Origin: Lingula anatina
Taxonomy: Eukaryota; Animalia; Brachiopoda
Assembly (NCBI GenBank): GCA_051362555.1
Contig: CM120640.1
Location: 45,920,788-45,984,787, forward strand
Length of the DNA: 64,000 nucleotides
Reading direction: 5' to 3'
This document shows positions 63,350 through 64,000 of the stretch, piece by piece; the first letter of the stretch is position 1, and each line of letters opens with the position of its first letter. Position numbers and translations under genes: made by a program. A model generated the notes under the pieces. The model saw only the letters and a program-made list of their open reading frames with translations. It searched no databases and was not told where the DNA came from.

Positions 63350-64000
63350 ATGGCAATTTCTAACGAGTCAGACGTCATCGATGTCCCAGGTAAAGAGGTC
63401 GTCATTTTACAAGCTTCCGTGATGACAATCCTATGGCTTTGTTCAATCATCGAAAACGCTTTGGTTTGTGTTGTGATCTACAGGAGCCGGCGAATGCAAT
63501 CGACGACCAATTACTTTGTGGTGTCTCTCGCTTGTTCAGATTTAGTCCTTGCCGGAGCCTGGACACCGTTCGTGTTTGGCGGCGTGGTAGTTGGCAGGTG
63601 GACGTTTGGTCTGGCATTGTGCAAAGCGGTCACATATGCTAGTCATGCTCTACTTGGAACGTCAATGTTCGTCTTTGTTTGCATCAGTATTGACAGATTT
63701 TATACGATCATTTATCCGCTGAGTTTTAAGGTGACAAGGGGCACGGCCAAAAGAATGGTCACGGGAAGCTGGTTTCTTGCCTTTCTTGTCCCACTGGCCT
63801 TGCTGTATTTTACATCATCTAAAGACAATCTGTGCGTCCAAGGGTTCCCGTCGGTGTCCAACGGCGCTGTTTACTTTACGGTGATGGTCATTTTGACGTT
63901 TGGCATCCCTTCAGCTATTATTAGTGCCAGTTTTACAAAAATCGCAAAATATATTTGGAGAACAGGGAGGGGACACAGAATGGTTCAAAGGACCAACAAC
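63350..64000 (+). CDS. GPR19: Rhodopsin-family GPCR, GPR19 orthologue (partial; continues beyond window)
   Basis: Open frame from ATG 63350 (in-frame stop at 63338) reading MAISNES...LVCVVIYRSRRMQSTTNYFVVSLACSDL...SIDRFYTIIYPLSFKVTR...KYIWR. These match the GPR19-diagnostic QSTTNYFVVS and DRFYTIxYPLSFKV motifs. The ORF track missed it because there is no stop in the window. Confidence 0.92.
   Translation, partial: MAISNESDVIDVPGKEVVILQASVMTILWLCSIIENALVCVVIYRSRRMQSTTNYFVVSLACSDLVLAGAWTPFVFGGVVVGRWTFGLALCKAVTYASHALLGTSMFVFVCISIDRFYTIIYPLSFKVTRGTAKRMVTGSWFLAFLVPLALLYFTSSKDNLCVQGFPSVSNGAVYFTVMVILTFGIPSAIISASFTKIAKYIWRTGRGHRMVQRTNN

Noticed and set aside
63433-63642. 69-aa ORF in the track
   Set aside because: Out-of-frame overlap of the real GPR19 frame starting at 63350.

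Overview
AT-rich, intron-rich animal genomic DNA, most consistent with a marine invertebrate such as a lophotrochozoan (inference from composition, gene structure and repeat types). I assembled five protein-coding genes by hand from GT-AG exons with consistent phases. (1) The 3' half of an eEF2 gene (+, to 9201), whose domain V is unusually divergent. (2) A complete ~31-exon, ~1080-aa SH2-tailed myosin of the class-XXVIII architecture (+, 10808-29828). (3) A 6-exon, ~340-aa orphan gene (+, 31358-33754). (4) A complete ceramide transfer protein gene, CERT1/COL4A3BP (-, 57577-37483). (5) The 5' part of a GPR19-like GPCR (+, 63350 to the window end). Introns carry non-autonomous DNA transposons: an Academ-like 3.6-kb element, a Helentron/HINE, a hAT-like element with a 5-bp TSD, and Harbinger-type MITEs. 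The most striking observation is a pair of tandem-duplicated, equal-length (130 nt), mutually exclusive exons in CERT. They encode part of the START ceramide-binding pocket, and the intron between them contains a stem-loop and RBFOX/QKI-type motifs. The myosin tail also shows candidate regulated splicing (a 12-nt microexon, an alternative donor and an alternative last exon). All coordinates were read by eye and no database searches were run.
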